From: Octopus sinensis
Lineage: Eukaryota
Reading direction: 5' to 3'
Assembly (NCBI RefSeq): GCF_006345805.1
Contig: NC_043005.1
Span: 39,804,001-39,868,000 of the forward strand
DNA: 64,000 bases
The stretch's first letter is position 1; every line of letters begins with the position of its first letter. Below the pieces are notes generated by a model. It saw only the letters and a list, made by a program, of their open reading frames with translations, was not told where the DNA came from and did no database searches. This document shows positions 63,660 to 64,000 of the stretch, piece after piece. The translations under genes were made by a program, and so were the position numbers.

Positions 63660-63795
63660 AGCAGTACTTGACCTTTCTTTTATCGAGCCCAAAAGGATAA
63701 AAACAAATTCGACCTCGATGGAGTTTAAACTCAGAAAATAAAGGAATACCGCTAAGCATTTTGTTCGACACACTAACAATTCTGCAAGCTCATTA
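63660..63795 (-). mobile_element. Family-B SINE 5' part
   Basis: ttttatcgagcccaaaaggataaaaacaaattcgacctcg...aactcagaa...ataccgctaagcattt...attctgcaagctc. Confidence 0.7.
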
Positions 63796-64000
63796 CCAGC
63801 ACCAACAGTACCAGGATTACCACCAGCAACACCACCGGCACCGGAGATGTGGATGTGTTTGCTTGACACTTGGTGGAATTTTTATGAGATTCTAGATGAA
63901 CGTACATTAGATAAGAACCTCACATAAGTGCGGTGTTCTCCCCTTCACTGGTTCACCAGAACCAAACACAAAGGAAGGGCAGTAGAAGAAAAATGAAATA

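Overview
Eukaryotic, AT-rich, repeat-saturated DNA with no host protein-coding exon that I can identify; it is probably intergenic or lies in a very large intron. The dense (TA)n/(TACA)n/(GATA)n/(TAA)n microsatellites and the tRNA-derived SINE families suggest an octopus (coleoid cephalopod) genome, but this is inference from repeat style only. Almost all ORFs in the supplied track are translated microsatellites. The real coding remnants all belong to mobile elements: a near-full-length CR1-clade LINE (20.3-25.0 kb, minus strand) whose ORF1 combines a Myb/SANT-like N-terminus, poly-Q and two CCCH fingers; a 5'-truncated Penelope-like element (PLE) with 430-bp near-perfect inverted termini (30.4-33.9 kb); R4/Dong-like RLE fragments embedded in (TAA)n or (TACA)n arrays; and Tx1, RTE, mariner, Tc1 and Helitron-type remnants. 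The most notable unannotated signal is a set of type-I hammerhead-ribozyme folds in several unrelated repeats. One has a fully canonical core and an unusually long stem II, and sits in both PLE inverted termini. A SINE 3'-transduction-like copy with a 12-bp target-site duplication (TSD) also points back to a nearby donor element. All assignments come from manual reading and recalled family motifs; no database searches were run.
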